DNA of 64,000 nucleotides, from assembly GCA_963847445.1 (NCBI GenBank), contig CAWJZV010000046.1:384001-448000 (forward strand). Direction: 5' to 3'. Below, one piece after another: positions 11,591-23,198 of the stretch. Numbering within the stretch: the stretch's first letter is position 1; each line of letters opens with the position of its first letter. The position numbers and the translations under genes are program-made. Source of the stretch: an uncultured delta proteobacterium (lineage in GTDB: Bacteria > Desulfobacterota > Binatia > UBA9968). Under the pieces are notes generated by a model. It was not told the origin of the DNA, made no database searches, and saw only the letters and a program-made list of their open reading frames with translations.

Positions 11591-14500
11591 ATGGAGAGCG
11601 AAAAGTTAATCGAGCGTCTTGCGACTCTTTCTCCCGCGAAGCGGGCCTTACTTGAGTTAAAACTGCAGCAAGGCCGCGGTCGCACGGCTGCGCAGATGAC
11701 CATTCCACGGCGAGCCCAGCGGGAGCTTGGCGCCGCTGTCGTTCGCGCAGCAGCGGCTGTGGGTGCTCGACCAGCTGGAACCTGAAAGTTTCGCTTACAA
11801 TGAGCGATCGGCGGTCCGTTTGGACGGGCCGCTAGACATCGGCGCGCTGCGTAGTGCGTTGAGTGCTGATAGTCGAGCGCCATGAAGTGCTGCGCACGAC
11901 CTACGGCCTAACCAATGGCGGTGAGCCGGTACAGCAAATCGGCGCAGCCGTGGGCATCGATTTGCCGGTCATTGACATCAGTGAAGTTGCTGAGAGTCAA
12001 CGCGATGATGCGGTGCAAAGGATAGCCGCGGAGCTGAGAGAGCGTTCTTTCGATCTGCGGAACGATTTGCCGCTACGGCTGTGCGCTGGTCAGACTCGGT
12101 GCCAATTCCCATGTATTGGTCGAGGTGAAACATCATATCGCTTCCGATGGTTGGTCGAGCGGTATCTTTCTCCCGCGAGCTCGCCGCTATTTACACTGCG
12201 TTGAGCCAAGGCCGGCCTAACCCGCTTGGCGAATTGCCGGTTCAGTACGCCGATTATTCGTTGTGGCAGCGAGAATGGCTCCAGGGCGAAGTATTGGAAA
12301 AACAGCTCGCCTACTGGAAAGAGCAACTGAAAGATATTCCGGTTCTTGAGTTGGCGATGGACCGGCCGCGCGGCGGTTCGCTGAACCGCGCCGGCGCGAA
12401 ACAAAGTGTGACCTTGTCAAAGTCATTGGCCGATCGGTTAAAGGCGCTGAGCCGTCAAGAGGGCGCCACGTTGTTCATGACGTTACTCACGGCGTTCCAA
12501 GTCTTGCTGCATCGCTACACGGGACAAGACGACATCGCTGTGGGCTCACCGATTGCTGGACGGACACGGTCGGAGACGGAAGGACTGATCGGATTTTTCG
12601 TCAACACCTTGGTGCTGCGAAGCAAGCTGTCCGGCAACCCGACGTTTAAAGAACTATTGGCACAGGTACGGGAAACCGCGTTGCAAGCGTACGAGCACCA
12701 AGACGTGCCCTTCGAGAAGTTGGTCGAAGAGCTCAGGCCCGAGCGCGATCAAAATCACACGCCATTTTTTCAAGTCATGTTCGCGTTGCAAAATATTCCG
12801 CGGGGGAATCTTGAATTGGCGGGACTCCAGGCGACTCCCGTCGAGGTCGCTTCTTCGGGGGCGAAGTTCGATATCTTCGCGGCATTTATCGAACGCGAAG
12901 GCGAGATGATGCTTGCGCGTAGAGTACAGCACGGAGCTATTTGCAGCGGCGTGGATCGAGCGTATGTTGGGCCATTTTCAGACATTGCTTGAAGGCATTG
13001 TCGCCAAACCAGAACGATCGATCGACACCTACCCGATCCTTTCCGAAGCCGAGCAGCAACGGTTGCTGATCGATTGGAACGATACCCAGCGAGACTCTCC
13101 CGCATGGCCGGTGCGTTCACGAATTATTCGAAGCACGCGTTAATCAAAATCCCGAAGCCGTTGCGCTGGTTTTTGAAAATGAGAGCTGGAGCTACCGAAA
13201 ACTAAACTGCCGGGCAAATCAACTGGCGCGCTATCTGCGCGGACTCGGCGTGGGGCGGGACACTCTGGTGGCGCTTTGTGTCGATCGATCCATGGAAATG
13301 GTTGTCGCTTTGCTTGCCATTCTCAAGGCCGGTGGCGCCTACGTGCCAATGGACCCTGAGTATCCCAAAGACCGTCTCGAGTTTATGCTGCGCGACACCC
13401 AGGCACCGGTACTATTGACCCAGAAGCGGATAAGTCAAATCCTGCCAGATTACCCGGGACAATGCGTTTGTCTAGACGGGGATCGTGAGAGGATTGCTCG
13501 CGAAAGCGATGAGAATTTTGCTCACGAGGCGACGGCTGACAGCCTCGCTTATGTAATCTACACTTCCGGCTCGACCGGAACGCCCAAGGGTGTAATGATT
13601 CGGCATGGCAGCGTCTGCAACTTCTTGGCCTCCATGGCTGCCGAACCCGGATTGTGTAGTAAGGATACGCTGCTTGCCGTTACGACGCTGTCATTCGATA
13701 TTGCGGGATTAGAGATTTATTTGCCGCTCTCAGTAGGCGCTCGAATTGTTTTGGCGAGCCGCGATGTCGCCGTCGATGGATTTCGGTTAGCAGCGCAATT
13801 ATCAGATTGTGGTGCGACGATGATGCAAGCCACGCCCTTTACATGGCGCATGCTCTTGGCGAGCGGTTGGCAGGGTAGTCGAGAATTGAAGATTCTCTGT
13901 GGTGGTGAAGCGCTTTCCGAGGATCTAGCCAGCCAGCTCGCGCCTCGCTGTGCCTCGCTGTGGAACATGTATGGTCCCACGGAAACCACTATCTGGTCGT
14001 CGATCCAAAGAGTACCAGAGAATATTGGCAAGATTTCTTTGGGTCGGCCGATTGCCAACACGCAATATTATGTTCTTGATGGGCATTTGAATCCCGTTCC
14101 GGTCGGGGTTGCGGGCGAGCTCCACATTGGGGGTGCAGGTTTAGCGCGAGGATATCTGAACCGGCCGGAACTCAGTATCCGAAAAATTTATTTCGAATCC
14201 CTTTAGCAACAATCCGAGGCAGCGGTTGTACAAGACCGGAGATCGGGTGCGATACTTACCTGGGGGTGAGATCGAGTTTCTCGGTCGAATCGACGATCAG
14301 GTCAAGATTCGCGGTTATCGCATCGAACTCGGTGAGATCGAGGCGATGCTCGGTCAACATGCCGGAATCCAACAAGCAGTCGTGCTCGCACGAGAAGACA
14401 TTCCGGGAGACCGACGGCTGGTGGCCTATGCTGTTGCTACTCCAGGCTTCACCCCTTCGGCAAGCGACCTGCGCACCTTTCTGCTGCAGGAGCTCCCCGA

Positions 14501-15792
14501 GTACATGGTGCCTTCGATTTTCGTGTCATTGGAATCATTGCCACTGACTGCCAATGGTAAGCTTGATCGTAAGGCGCTACCAGCTCCAGACCAAACTAGG
14601 TCCCGAACTGAGCGAAACCATTACCCCGCCTCGGACCCCTGTCGAGGAGATACTCGCAAGTATCTGGTCTGAAGTTCTCAAACTCGACAAAGTCGGCATC
14701 CATGACAACTTCTTTGATCTGGGCGGGCACTCACTGCTAGCCATCCAGGTCATCTCACGATTGCGACGAAGTTCAGGATGGATTTGCCTGTGCGCACTTT
14801 GTTTGAAGCGCCGACAATCGCGCAATTGGCGGCCCGTCTTGAACATCAAACCAAGCCGGTGGTCAGTTCAAACGGGAAGGCTACTTATTCCCATCTCATT
14901 GAGCTTCGTAGCGGACCGAACCAAAAGCCGATATTCTGCTTTCCCTATCGCTGCGGTGTCCAGGGCGAATACACACACTTCCTGCGGCTCGCGAAGTACA
15001 TGGAGGAATATTCATTCTATGGGCTCCAGGCAAAAGCCGCCGACAGCCATACGCCGCCGCACGCATCGGTTGAAGAATTGGCATCAAACTATGTCCGCGA
15101 GATAGAAGATTTTCACCCCAACGGTCCTTACTACTTAATCGGGGACTGCGCAGGCGCGCCAGAAGCCTATGAAACGGCCCGGCAATTGTCGATGCGAGGC
15201 GAGAAGGTGGGATTGCTCGTGCTCTTGGATGCCAAGGGCCCATATATGCCGGGCAGGTATTGGCGCCTGGGACCCTATTCGATAAAGGATTTGGATCTCC
15301 TACGCAGCCGGTTACTGAGTTCACGATTCTGGATGTGGTGCAGGAATTTGGATGCAGCGTCAAGTTTCCATTGGCAGGAGAGCAGGAAGCTTCCGAATGG
15401 AGAACGTTGGCGTTATTTAGGTCGGAAAGTTTTTGGCGGGCTAAAAACTCAAATAAGGGGCGTCGCAGAAGTACACCTCGGAGCCGTCCCAGGAATCTGA
15501 AGAGGTGTTCAGCGCAAGTGAGGAAGAGCTTCTGCAACACGTCGCTCGCGCTCGAAGTCAGTATCGGAGCAACTGGCCGAGCGACTATCCTGGCCGGCTT
15601 GCTGTTATCATCAATGAACAATGGTACGGGTTCGATCGCACGTTTGGCTGGGCAGAAATGGCTGCCGGAGGTGTCGAGACCTATGCTATTCGTGGGGACC
15701 ATATTTCTTACATGCTTGAGAATGTGCCGATGGTCGCCGACCGGTTACGCGCATGTCTAGAAAAGGCCCGTAAATCCCACCGGAGAGTTTAG
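11591..15792 (+). CDS. Terminal NRPS module C-A-T-TE; A domain predicted to activate Gly; frameshifted
   Basis: N-terminal [13 protein letters not shown]; HHIASDGWS; [21 protein letters not shown] and [12 protein letters not shown] give code DILQLGMIWK (Gly-type); FFDLGGHSL; TE-like domain with [11 protein letters not shown] and GDH. Confidence 0.9.
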
Positions 15793-16079
15793 CTGAAAGA
15801 TTCACGCTGTTAGGTCTGCCCATACCCTTGTCTACGCGAGGCCGTATATCTTGGGGAACCATCGAAAAGCCCCGCAGCGCTACGCACCACGGCTATTTCA
15901 GGGGAACTTAGTCATTTTTGGCGATGATGAACATCTCGAGCTCCTATGTCGATTTGCGCGGCCATTTGCAGGAGAGACGTCTCGACCAGTTTCGATCTTG
16001 GCGCGGCTGTGGACTCGCAAATTGGTCCGTCAGCTGGTACAACGAACCAAGCCTGCCGTAAGTAATCAATCTTGTCATC

Positions 16080-16168
16080 GGAGGGGTGGGAGAGCGGTTT
16101 AATCCACCGGTCTTGAAAACCGGCGCCCACTTCGTGGGCCGCGAGTTCAAATCTCGCCCCCTCCGCCA
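16080..16168 (+). tRNA. tRNA-Ser(TGA)
   Basis: GGAGGGG/CCCCTCC acceptor stem, anticodon arm CCGGT-CT-TGA-AA-ACCGG, long variable arm, GTTCAAATC T-loop, encoded CCA. Confidence 0.95.
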
Positions 16169-16297
16169 TCACTTCAAGCTATCGCGATGCGTTGAGGACG
16201 GAGAATCGCCGATCGCATATCGTTAAACCTTCGACGCTTGCGCATCCGATATTGCTCTGTATAGCTATCAGCATCAGCTTTGGAGAGGATGGATTCC

Positions 16298-17699
16298 ATG
16301 GCTAATTCTGCTGCACCGACTTTACAGTTCCTGGGCGCCGCCGGCGGTGTCACCGGATCGAAGTTTCTATTCTCAAACAATTCGGACCAAGTCTTAATCG
16401 ATTGCGGTTTGTTCCAGGGACTGAAAGAGCTGCGCCTGAGAAATTGGGCGCCGTTGCCCATCGATCTCGCCCAGTTGCGCTCTGTCGTTCTCACCCATGC
16501 CCATATCGATCACTCGGGCTATCTGCCGCGAATCGTTGCCAAAGGTTTTCGCGGACCGGTTTATGCGACACCGGGAACTTGCGATCTGTTGGGTGTGATG
16601 TTGCCGGACGCGGCGCACTTGCAGGAAGAGGAGGCGCGCTACGCCAATCGCAAGGGCTACTCGAAGCATTCTCCTGCGTTGCCGCTGTACACTTGGAAGA
16701 TGCCGAGGCGGCTTTGAAGTTACTGCGGCCGGTGCGCGTCGGTGAAAAAGTCGAAGTAGCCAAAGGCGTTGTGCTCGACTTCGGCCGGGTCGGTCATATT
16801 CTCGGCGCTGGTTCGGCGCGCTTTAGCTTTGAGATCAACGGCCAAAAGAAAACCTTGGTCGACTCGGGTGATCTGGGTCGCTACGACCGGCCGATCTTGA
16901 AAGATCCCGAGCCGGGCGGCAGCGCGGATTGGCTGATGATCGAGTCGACTTACGGCAATCGCATTCATCCAAAGGATTCCGAAGCGGCGTTGCGCGCGTT
17001 GATTAAGGAGACCGCGGAACAACGGCGTTGTCTAATCATCCCTGCGTTCGCCATCGGCCGGACCCAAGACTTGGTCTATACGATTCGCAAGATGGAGGAT
17101 GAAGGGGAGATCCCGGCGATTCCGGTGTACGTCGATAGCCCGATGGGCATCGAAGCGACCGAGATTTATTCGCGCCACACCGATGAGCATGATTTTGCAA
17201 TGGCGCAGCTGAGCAGTCACGAGCGCAACCCGTTGCGCTCGCGCCATATGATCGTGGCGAAGAGCCCGGAGCAATCGAAAGCGATCAACGATGCCAAGGG
17301 CGCGTTGATTATCATTTCGGCGAGCGGCATGGCGACGGGTGGCCGGGTGCTGCACCATTTGAAGCATCGATTGCCCAATCCGGATACGACGGTCTTGCTC
17401 GCCGGCTACCAGGCCGAGGGCACCCGCGGTCGTCGCTTCAAGACGGCGCCAAGGAAATCAAAATGCTCGGTGAAGTGATTCCGGTGCGCGCCAAGGTGAG
17501 AGTCCTCGACGGCTTTTCCGCCCACGCGGATCAAGGCGAGATCCTCCGCTGGCTCGCCACGTTTACCAAGCCGCCGAAGATGACCTATGTCGTCCATGGT
17601 GAGAAAGCCGGCGCGACGGCACTGGCTGAGGCGATTCGCGAACGGCTCAAGTGGAACGTCGAGATCGCCAGGTTTCAGCAGAAAGGTGAACTGGCGTAG
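16298..17699 (+). CDS. MBL-fold/beta-CASP metallo-hydrolase (RNA-processing family); frameshifted
   Basis: [68 protein letters not shown]. Confidence 0.9.
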
Positions 17700-17767
17700 A
17701 ATGGAGGTGGGACCGGGCGGCCTTCGGTGCGCACTGGCGCAAAGGGTCGATGAAGGGCGAAAACAAA

Positions 17768-18378
17768 ATGCTCGATCCGATCTGTGACATGACTGTCGAT
17801 CCGGCGAAGGCTGCCGGGAAATTCGACTTCGATGGTACGACTTATTATTTCTGCAGCGTCCATTGTCAGAATATTCCAAACCGATCCTGCCAAATATCTC
17901 GCTGCCGCTAAGGTGCGCCAGAGTTCGCAACCATCGGCGCCGGAGGCGCACCCGCTTGAATCGAAACCGGAGATTGCCGGCGCTATCTACACCTGTCCGA
18001 TGGACCCCGAGGTGCGCCAACAGGGTGCCGGCGCCAAGTGCGGCATGGCGCTGGAGCCGCTCGACATCGGCGCGGCGCTGACCAAAACGGAATATACCTG
18101 CCCGATGCATCCCGAAGTCGTCAGCGATGCGCCGGGCTCTTGTCCGAAATGCGGCATGGCGCTGGAGGCGCGGACAGAATCTGTGGGCACGGCGGTGAAG
18201 CCGGTGTTTACTTTGAAGCAGCGGCAGTGATTACCATGTTGGTCTTACTCGGCCAGGTGCTCGAACTGCGCGCACGCAGCAGGACCAGCGGTGCGATCCG
18301 TAGTCCCATGATCGCCAGCGCGGCATGACTTCAGTCAGGTCGGTGATTTCAAATGCGCTGCGATAAGTTGAGCTTAAC
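17768..18378 (+). pseudogene. Collapsed Cu-transporting P1B ATPase (CopA-like) remnant: YHS domain, two heavy-metal-binding repeats and fragments
   Basis: [28 protein letters not shown] (YHS), two YTCPMxPEV...KCGMALE repeats, then [31 protein letters not shown] joined directly to the C-terminal PMIASAA...VISNALR. Confidence 0.8.
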
Positions 18379-18594
18379 TTATCTTCCGCCCAATTTGCCG
18401 GCAGCGATTGCTTAGGAATACATCAAAGTGATGAATCTGATCGTCATTGAGTATTGGCAAGGATTCGTCCGCCAGTGCCGGATCGCGAATTTCTCCAGCG
18501 AACTTGTTTAATTTCACTGATGTTTAGAGTAATAGTGGCTACGCCGTGCAGCCGCGGTGTTGGTTTTGCATTAAGCTGCAGCTTGGATAAATCA

Positions 18595-19743
18595 ATGGCA
18601 ATTCTAAAAGTCGAAGGCGTCACTAAACTTTATAAAGACCTAAAGGCGCTCGACAACGTCAGTTTCGAGTTCGAGAAGGGGATTCTGTCGTTTCTCGGGC
18701 CCTCGGGTTGTGGCAAGACAACGTTGTTGCGTTCGATCGCTGGGCTGGAAATTCCCGATGCGGGATCGATTTCGATCGCCGACAAGGTCCAGACCTCCAT
18801 CGAAGGCGGGGTTCTGATTCCGCCTTATTCCCGCGAGATCGGCTTTGTCTTTCAAAACTACGCGCTCTGGCCGCATATGACGGTGTTTAAAAACGTCGCC
18901 TTTTCATTGAATCTTCGCAAGTTCCCGGCGGATGAAATCAGACGGCGCGTGTTGGCTTGCTTGGATCTCGTCGGGCTCGGCGGGCGCGAGGAGCGTTATC
19001 CGTCGCAGTTGAGCGGCGGCCAACAGCAGCGGGTCGCCTTGGCACGCAGCATCGTCCTTGAGCCGCGCTTGATCTTGCTCGACGAGCCGCTCAGCAATCT
19101 CGACGCCAAACTGCGCGAAGAGATGCGCGTCGAACTGAAGAAGCTGATCAAGAAAGTCGGCATCAGCGCGCTCTACGTGACCCACGACCAGGAAGAGGCG
19201 TTCGTCATTTCCGACAAGGTCATTGTCATGAACGCCGGGAAAATTTTGCAGTATGACACGCCGGACGAGCTCTACAGCCATCCGTCCGATCCGTTTGTCG
19301 CGTCGTTTATCGGCCATTCGACTTTGGTCGAAGGCAACGTGATCAAGACTGTCGGTGGCGAATGCGTGGTGCAGGTTCCCGAGTTCGACAATGCGACGCT
19401 GATTTGCGCCGCTCCTAAGATCGGTATTGCCAGCGGGCCGTGCAGCGTGGTGATCAAGAACGGCGATTTGCGCTTGAGCCATGAAAAGTTCGCCGCCGAT
19501 GCCATCAACGTTCTCGAAGGCACCATGATGAGCCGGGAGTACCGCGGCGGTTTAACCGATCACCGCGTGCAGATCGGTGCCAAAGAAGTGGTCGTCACCT
19601 CACACCGGCTATGCCCGATGATTAGCGTCAACGGCGAGAGCGGTAAAGTGTTTCTCTGCATCGAAAAATCGGCCATCAGCCTCATCCCCCAACGCGCCTC
19701 CGCTGTAGCGTCTAAGCAACCCCGAGGAGAATTGCCAGCGTGA
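18595..19743 (+). CDS. ABC transporter ATP-binding protein (Fe3+/polyamine family)
   Basis: GPSGCGKTT, VFQNYALWPHM, LSGGQQQRVALAR, LLDEPLSNLD. Confidence 0.92.
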   Translation: MAILKVEGVTKLYKDLKALDNVSFEFEKGILSFLGPSGCGKTTLLRSIAGLEIPDAGSISIADKVQTSIEGGVLIPPYSREIGFVFQNYALWPHMTVFKNVAFSLNLRKFPADEIRRRVLACLDLVGLGGREERYPSQLSGGQQQRVALARSIVLEPRLILLDEPLSNLDAKLREEMRVELKKLIKKVGISALYVTHDQEEAFVISDKVIVMNAGKILQYDTPDELYSHPSDPFVASFIGHSTLVEGNVIKTVGGECVVQVPEFDNATLICAAPKIGIASGPCSVVIKNGDLRLSHEKFAADAINVLEGTMMSREYRGGLTDHRVQIGAKEVVVTSHRLCPMISVNGESGKVFLCIEKSAISLIPQRASAVASKQPRGELPA

Positions 19744-19761
19744 CTTGGAAAGCAAATCGGC

Positions 19762-21438
19762 TTGCCCTGCGGCAGGGAAGTCTTATTCCCGCTCTGCGCC
19801 AGTACCGTCGCCGGTGTCGTGATCATCACGCCCGTCCTGGTGGTTTTGTGGCGCAGTTTCACCAGCGGCAAGTTGGGCTTCACCGTCGGCCTTAACGTCA
19901 CCAACTATCTGCGCGTGTTTGCCGACAAAGATATTTGGCCGATGCTCAGCAATTCGCTGGTCTACGCCGGCGGGTCGGCGCTTCTCGGGACGGGCCTCGG
20001 CGCACTCTTGGCGTGGATCGTGGCGCGGACCAACACCCCGGGTAAAGGCTTGGTCGAGCTGATGCCGCTCTACCCGCTGCTGATGCCGCCGATCATGAAA
20101 AACATCGCGTGGATACTGCTGCTGGCGCCGAAATCCGGCATCTTAAATGGCCTGCTCGACCAGTTTCTCGGTATCACCTATCCGGTCTTCAACGCATTCA
20201 GTATGGCGGGGATGATTTGGACCTTCGGCATCGCCTGCGTGCCGTTAGGCTATTTGTTCCTGCTGCCGGTGTTCTTATCTTTCGATCCATCGTTAGAAGA
20301 GAGCGCCTATATCGCCGGCAGCCGGCCGGTGCATACCATGCTGAAAATTACCTTTCCCTTGGCGATGCCGGCGTTTATCTCGGCCTTTGTGCTGAACTTT
20401 CTACGCGCGTTGCGTTCCTTCGAGACGCCGGTGTTGCAGGGGACGCCGGGCAATATCAAAGTATTTGTCAGCCGGGTTTACGACTCCATGGCTCTGGAGT
20501 TCAACACCGGGCTGGCCACGGCGTATAGTGTCGTGCTGGTCGTCTTGTCGGTCATAACGCTTTATTTCTACGTGCGCGCGACACGCTTCTCCGAGCGCTA
20601 CGCGACCATCACCGGCAAAGGCTATCGCGTCCGCGTCATCGACATCGGCCCGTGGAAATATGTTACCTTCGCGGCGGTCTGTCTATATTTTCTCGCCGGC
20701 ATCGCCATCCCGTTCGTGGTGCTGATCGTCGTGTCGATCATTCCGTACTTCGATTACGAGACGTTCATGAGCTTTCCGTCGCACATGGGGCTGAACAATT
20801 ACCGCACCGTGCTGCGCCACGCGAGCTTCCTGAATGGGCTGCGCAACTCAGTGCTGTTGTCCGTCGTGATCGCCTTGGTCACGGTATTCGCCGCCATCGT
20901 CATGGCGTTTACGATTCATCGCACCCGCGCGGTGGGCACCAAGATTTTTGAGTTCATCGGCACCTTGCCGCTGGCCTTTCCGCCGCTGGTTCTGTCCGTC
21001 GGGCTGGTGATCATTTTTATCGGCACGCCGCTGTATAACAGCCTGTGGGCGCTCGGATTGGGCTTGTTCGTTGCCTACTTTCCCTACGCGTTTCGCAACG
21101 CTTCGGGAGCCATCGTCAATATTCATAAGGAACTTGACGAAGCGGCATGGGTGCATGGCGCGAAGTGGCGCCATGTATTCTTCAAAGTCACCCTGCCGAT
21201 CTTGAAACCCGCGGTCGGCGGCGCGCTCTTCTACATTTTCATTGAGGCGATTCGCAACGTCGACGTCGCCGTGCTATTGACCGCGCCAGGTCTGGAATAT
21301 GGACCGGTGACGTTATTCGAGTATTTTCGTGTCGGCCAGTGGGCCGAGGCGGCCGCCGGCGGTGTGATCTACTTAATTATCTTGATTGTTGCCGTGTCTG
21401 TGGCTAAATTCGCTTTCAAAATGAAGTTCAGTCTGTGA
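19762..21438 (+). CDS. ABC transporter permease (FbpB-like, duplicated TM domain)
   Basis: 558-aa hydrophobic ORF with two EAA loops (LEESAYIAGS, LDEAAWVHGA). Confidence 0.9.
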   Translation: MPCGREVLFPLCASTVAGVVIITPVLVVLWRSFTSGKLGFTVGLNVTNYLRVFADKDIWPMLSNSLVYAGGSALLGTGLGALLAWIVARTNTPGKGLVELMPLYPLLMPPIMKNIAWILLLAPKSGILNGLLDQFLGITYPVFNAFSMAGMIWTFGIACVPLGYLFLLPVFLSFDPSLEESAYIAGSRPVHTMLKITFPLAMPAFISAFVLNFLRALRSFETPVLQGTPGNIKVFVSRVYDSMALEFNTGLATAYSVVLVVLSVITLYFYVRATRFSERYATITGKGYRVRVIDIGPWKYVTFAAVCLYFLAGIAIPFVVLIVVSIIPYFDYETFMSFPSHMGLNNYRTVLRHASFLNGLRNSVLLSVVIALVTVFAAIVMAFTIHRTRAVGTKIFEFIGTLPLAFPPLVLSVGLVIIFIGTPLYNSLWALGLGLFVAYFPYAFRNASGAIVNIHKELDEAAWVHGAKWRHVFFKVTLPILKPAVGGALFYIFIEAIRNVDVAVLLTAPGLEYGPVTLFEYFRVGQWAEAAAGGVIYLIILIVAVSVAKFAFKMKFSL

Positions 21439-21441
21439 CGG

Positions 21442-22647
21442 TTGGTCATATCAACGAATTCAAACCAGGGGAGGGTAGCATGCAAAGGAATCCGAGGATG
21501 GTTATGGCTCATCGCGTTGTCAGCGAGCCTGTTTTTTGGCCCGGCGTTCGGCGCCGAGAAAACGCCCGCTAAAGAAACCGTGAAAGACGCCGCGAAGGCG
21601 CCCGCTGCGGCCAAGAAGACCGGCGGCCAACAGGTAAAGAGCGAAACCGCGAGTGCGACGGCCACCGCCAAAGCCGCCAAGGCGTTTGCCCAAGTGAGCG
21701 CCGAGCTATATCCAAAGGCCAAGCAGGAAGGAAATCTAGTGGTCTACTCGGTTTGGGATGTCGAGCATCTCAGAGTGATCACCGAGGCGTTCATGAAACG
21801 CTATCCGGGAATCAAGGCGACCTTTTGGCAAGGCAGAAATCCCGAAATCGTCACCCGCGCGCTAACCGAATTCCAAGGCGGGCAGGCGAGCTTCGATGTC
21901 GTGCTTTCCGACAATGCGCCGGCGGTGATTCGTGCCGCCGGGGCGATCATGGATTACAACACGGTGCAGCGCGATGTCTTGTATCTGCACGATCCCAACA
22001 TGGCGACAGTGAGTTTGCAGATCCAGGCGCTGGCTTACAACACCAAGAAAATCAAGCCGGCGGATTTGCCGAAGAGTTGGGAAGAGGTGGCAACTCCCAA
22101 GTACAAGGGCATGATCGCCCTTGACGATCCGATGCGCGCCGGGCCGCTGAGCTCGATGCTCGCCGGCTTGAAAACCCAATGGAAGGATGACGCGCGCTTG
22201 AATAATTTCATCCGCAATCTAAAAGCGCTCGGCGTGCCGGTACACAAGAGCACCAGCGCAATGTTTCGCCTGGTGATCTCCGGCGAATACGCGATCTGCA
22301 TGCCGGCGCTGCTTCACGATGTCATGGAAGAGATGCACAAGGGGACGCCTGTGGGCTACGTCAAAACGGTGCCGCCCGTGGTGTTCCCCCGCCAAGCAGC
22401 TATTTATGCCAAAGCGCCCAATCCAAATACGGCGAAACTTTTCGCCGAGTGGTTGATTTCCGACGAGGGGCAAAAAACCACCGATTCGATTGGCCGCGAG
22501 ACTTCGCGTAACGATTTCAAATCCAAGACTTCGATCGAATCGGCCTATGGCAAGAACATGAAGCCGCTGCCGGTGATCGATCAACAGTTTCTCGAAGATC
22601 CCAAGAGCTGGCTCGATAAGTTCGTGAAGCCGATCTGGGAAGGGTAG
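21442..22647 (+). CDS. ABC transporter substrate-binding protein
   Basis: Signal peptide, Ala/Lys-rich linker, AKQEGNLVVYS, LAYNTKKI, PKSWEE, APNPNTAKLFAEWLISDEGQ. Confidence 0.85.
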   Translation: MVISTNSNQGRVACKGIRGWLWLIALSASLFFGPAFGAEKTPAKETVKDAAKAPAAAKKTGGQQVKSETASATATAKAAKAFAQVSAELYPKAKQEGNLVVYSVWDVEHLRVITEAFMKRYPGIKATFWQGRNPEIVTRALTEFQGGQASFDVVLSDNAPAVIRAAGAIMDYNTVQRDVLYLHDPNMATVSLQIQALAYNTKKIKPADLPKSWEEVATPKYKGMIALDDPMRAGPLSSMLAGLKTQWKDDARLNNFIRNLKALGVPVHKSTSAMFRLVISGEYAICMPALLHDVMEEMHKGTPVGYVKTVPPVVFPRQAAIYAKAPNPNTAKLFAEWLISDEGQKTTDSIGRETSRNDFKSKTSIESAYGKNMKPLPVIDQQFLEDPKSWLDKFVKPIWEG

Positions 22648-22676
22648 TTGCGCTGTTCAGTCAATCGCGTCTTGGC

Positions 22677-22718
22677 AAAAGGGGAAGCCGGCGGATGATC
22701 GCACCCGCCGGCTTCCCC
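22677..22718. terminator. GC-rich hairpin after the ABC operon
   Basis: Perfect 14-bp stem GGGGAAGCCGGCGG / CCGCCGGCTTCCCC, preceded by AAAA (U-tract on the minus strand). Confidence 0.55.
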
Positions 22719-22910
22719 GTGTGTCGTAATACTATCGATAATTCGCCGCGCGGTGTTCGGGCCATTCTCTAGAAATACGCGATATCGGTGTGGTAATTTC
22801 ACCGGACTCGTTAGAGCGTTTGGCTCCATGCGTCAACTCCGTTAAGCGATCCATCTCGAGATGCATGATTTTCTGGCGGCGATCGCCAGAGCTTGAACTT
22901 AGACCGATAC

Positions 22911-23002
22911 GGAGAGATGGCCGAGTGGTCTAAGGCGCACGCCTGCTAAGCGTGTTTACGGTTAAATCCGTAACGAGGGTTCAAATCCCTCTCTCTCCGC
23001 CA
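22911..23002 (+). tRNA. tRNA-Ser(GCT)
   Basis: GGAGAGA/TCTCTCC stem, CACGC-CT-GCT-AA-GCGTG, long variable arm, GGTTCAAATCC, CCA. Confidence 0.95.
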
Positions 23003-23024
23003 CTTTGCCTTGCGGCATTCCGGA

Positions 23025-23080
23025 TTCAAATTACAGATTCCAGATCTCAAATATCTGGAATTTGCAATCTGTAATTTGAA
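23025..23080. repeat. AT-rich inverted repeat in the tRNA spacer
   Basis: TTCAAATTACAGATT (23025-23039) pairs perfectly with AATCTGTAATTTGAA (23066-23080); inner TTCCAGAT/ATCTGGAA. Confidence 0.8.
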
Positions 23081-23089
23081 ATTTAGCAG

Positions 23090-23166
23090 GCGCCCGTAGC
23101 TCAATTGGACAGAGCACCAGACTACGAATCTGGGGGTTGGCGGTTCAACTCCGTCCGGGCGCGCCA
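23090..23166 (+). tRNA. tRNA-Arg(ACG)
   Basis: GCGCCCG/CGGGCGC stem, CCAGA-CT-ACG-AA-TCTGG, GGTTCAACTCC, CCA. Confidence 0.95.
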
Positions 23167-23198
23167 TCTGTTACTGATCAATTTTTCGCAACTAAAGA

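Noticed and set aside
16080-16168. tRNA-Sec or suppressor tRNA because of 'TGA' in the anticodon loop
   Set aside because: Anticodon TGA reads Ser codon TCA. tRNA-Sec would have anticodon TCA and a longer acceptor stem.
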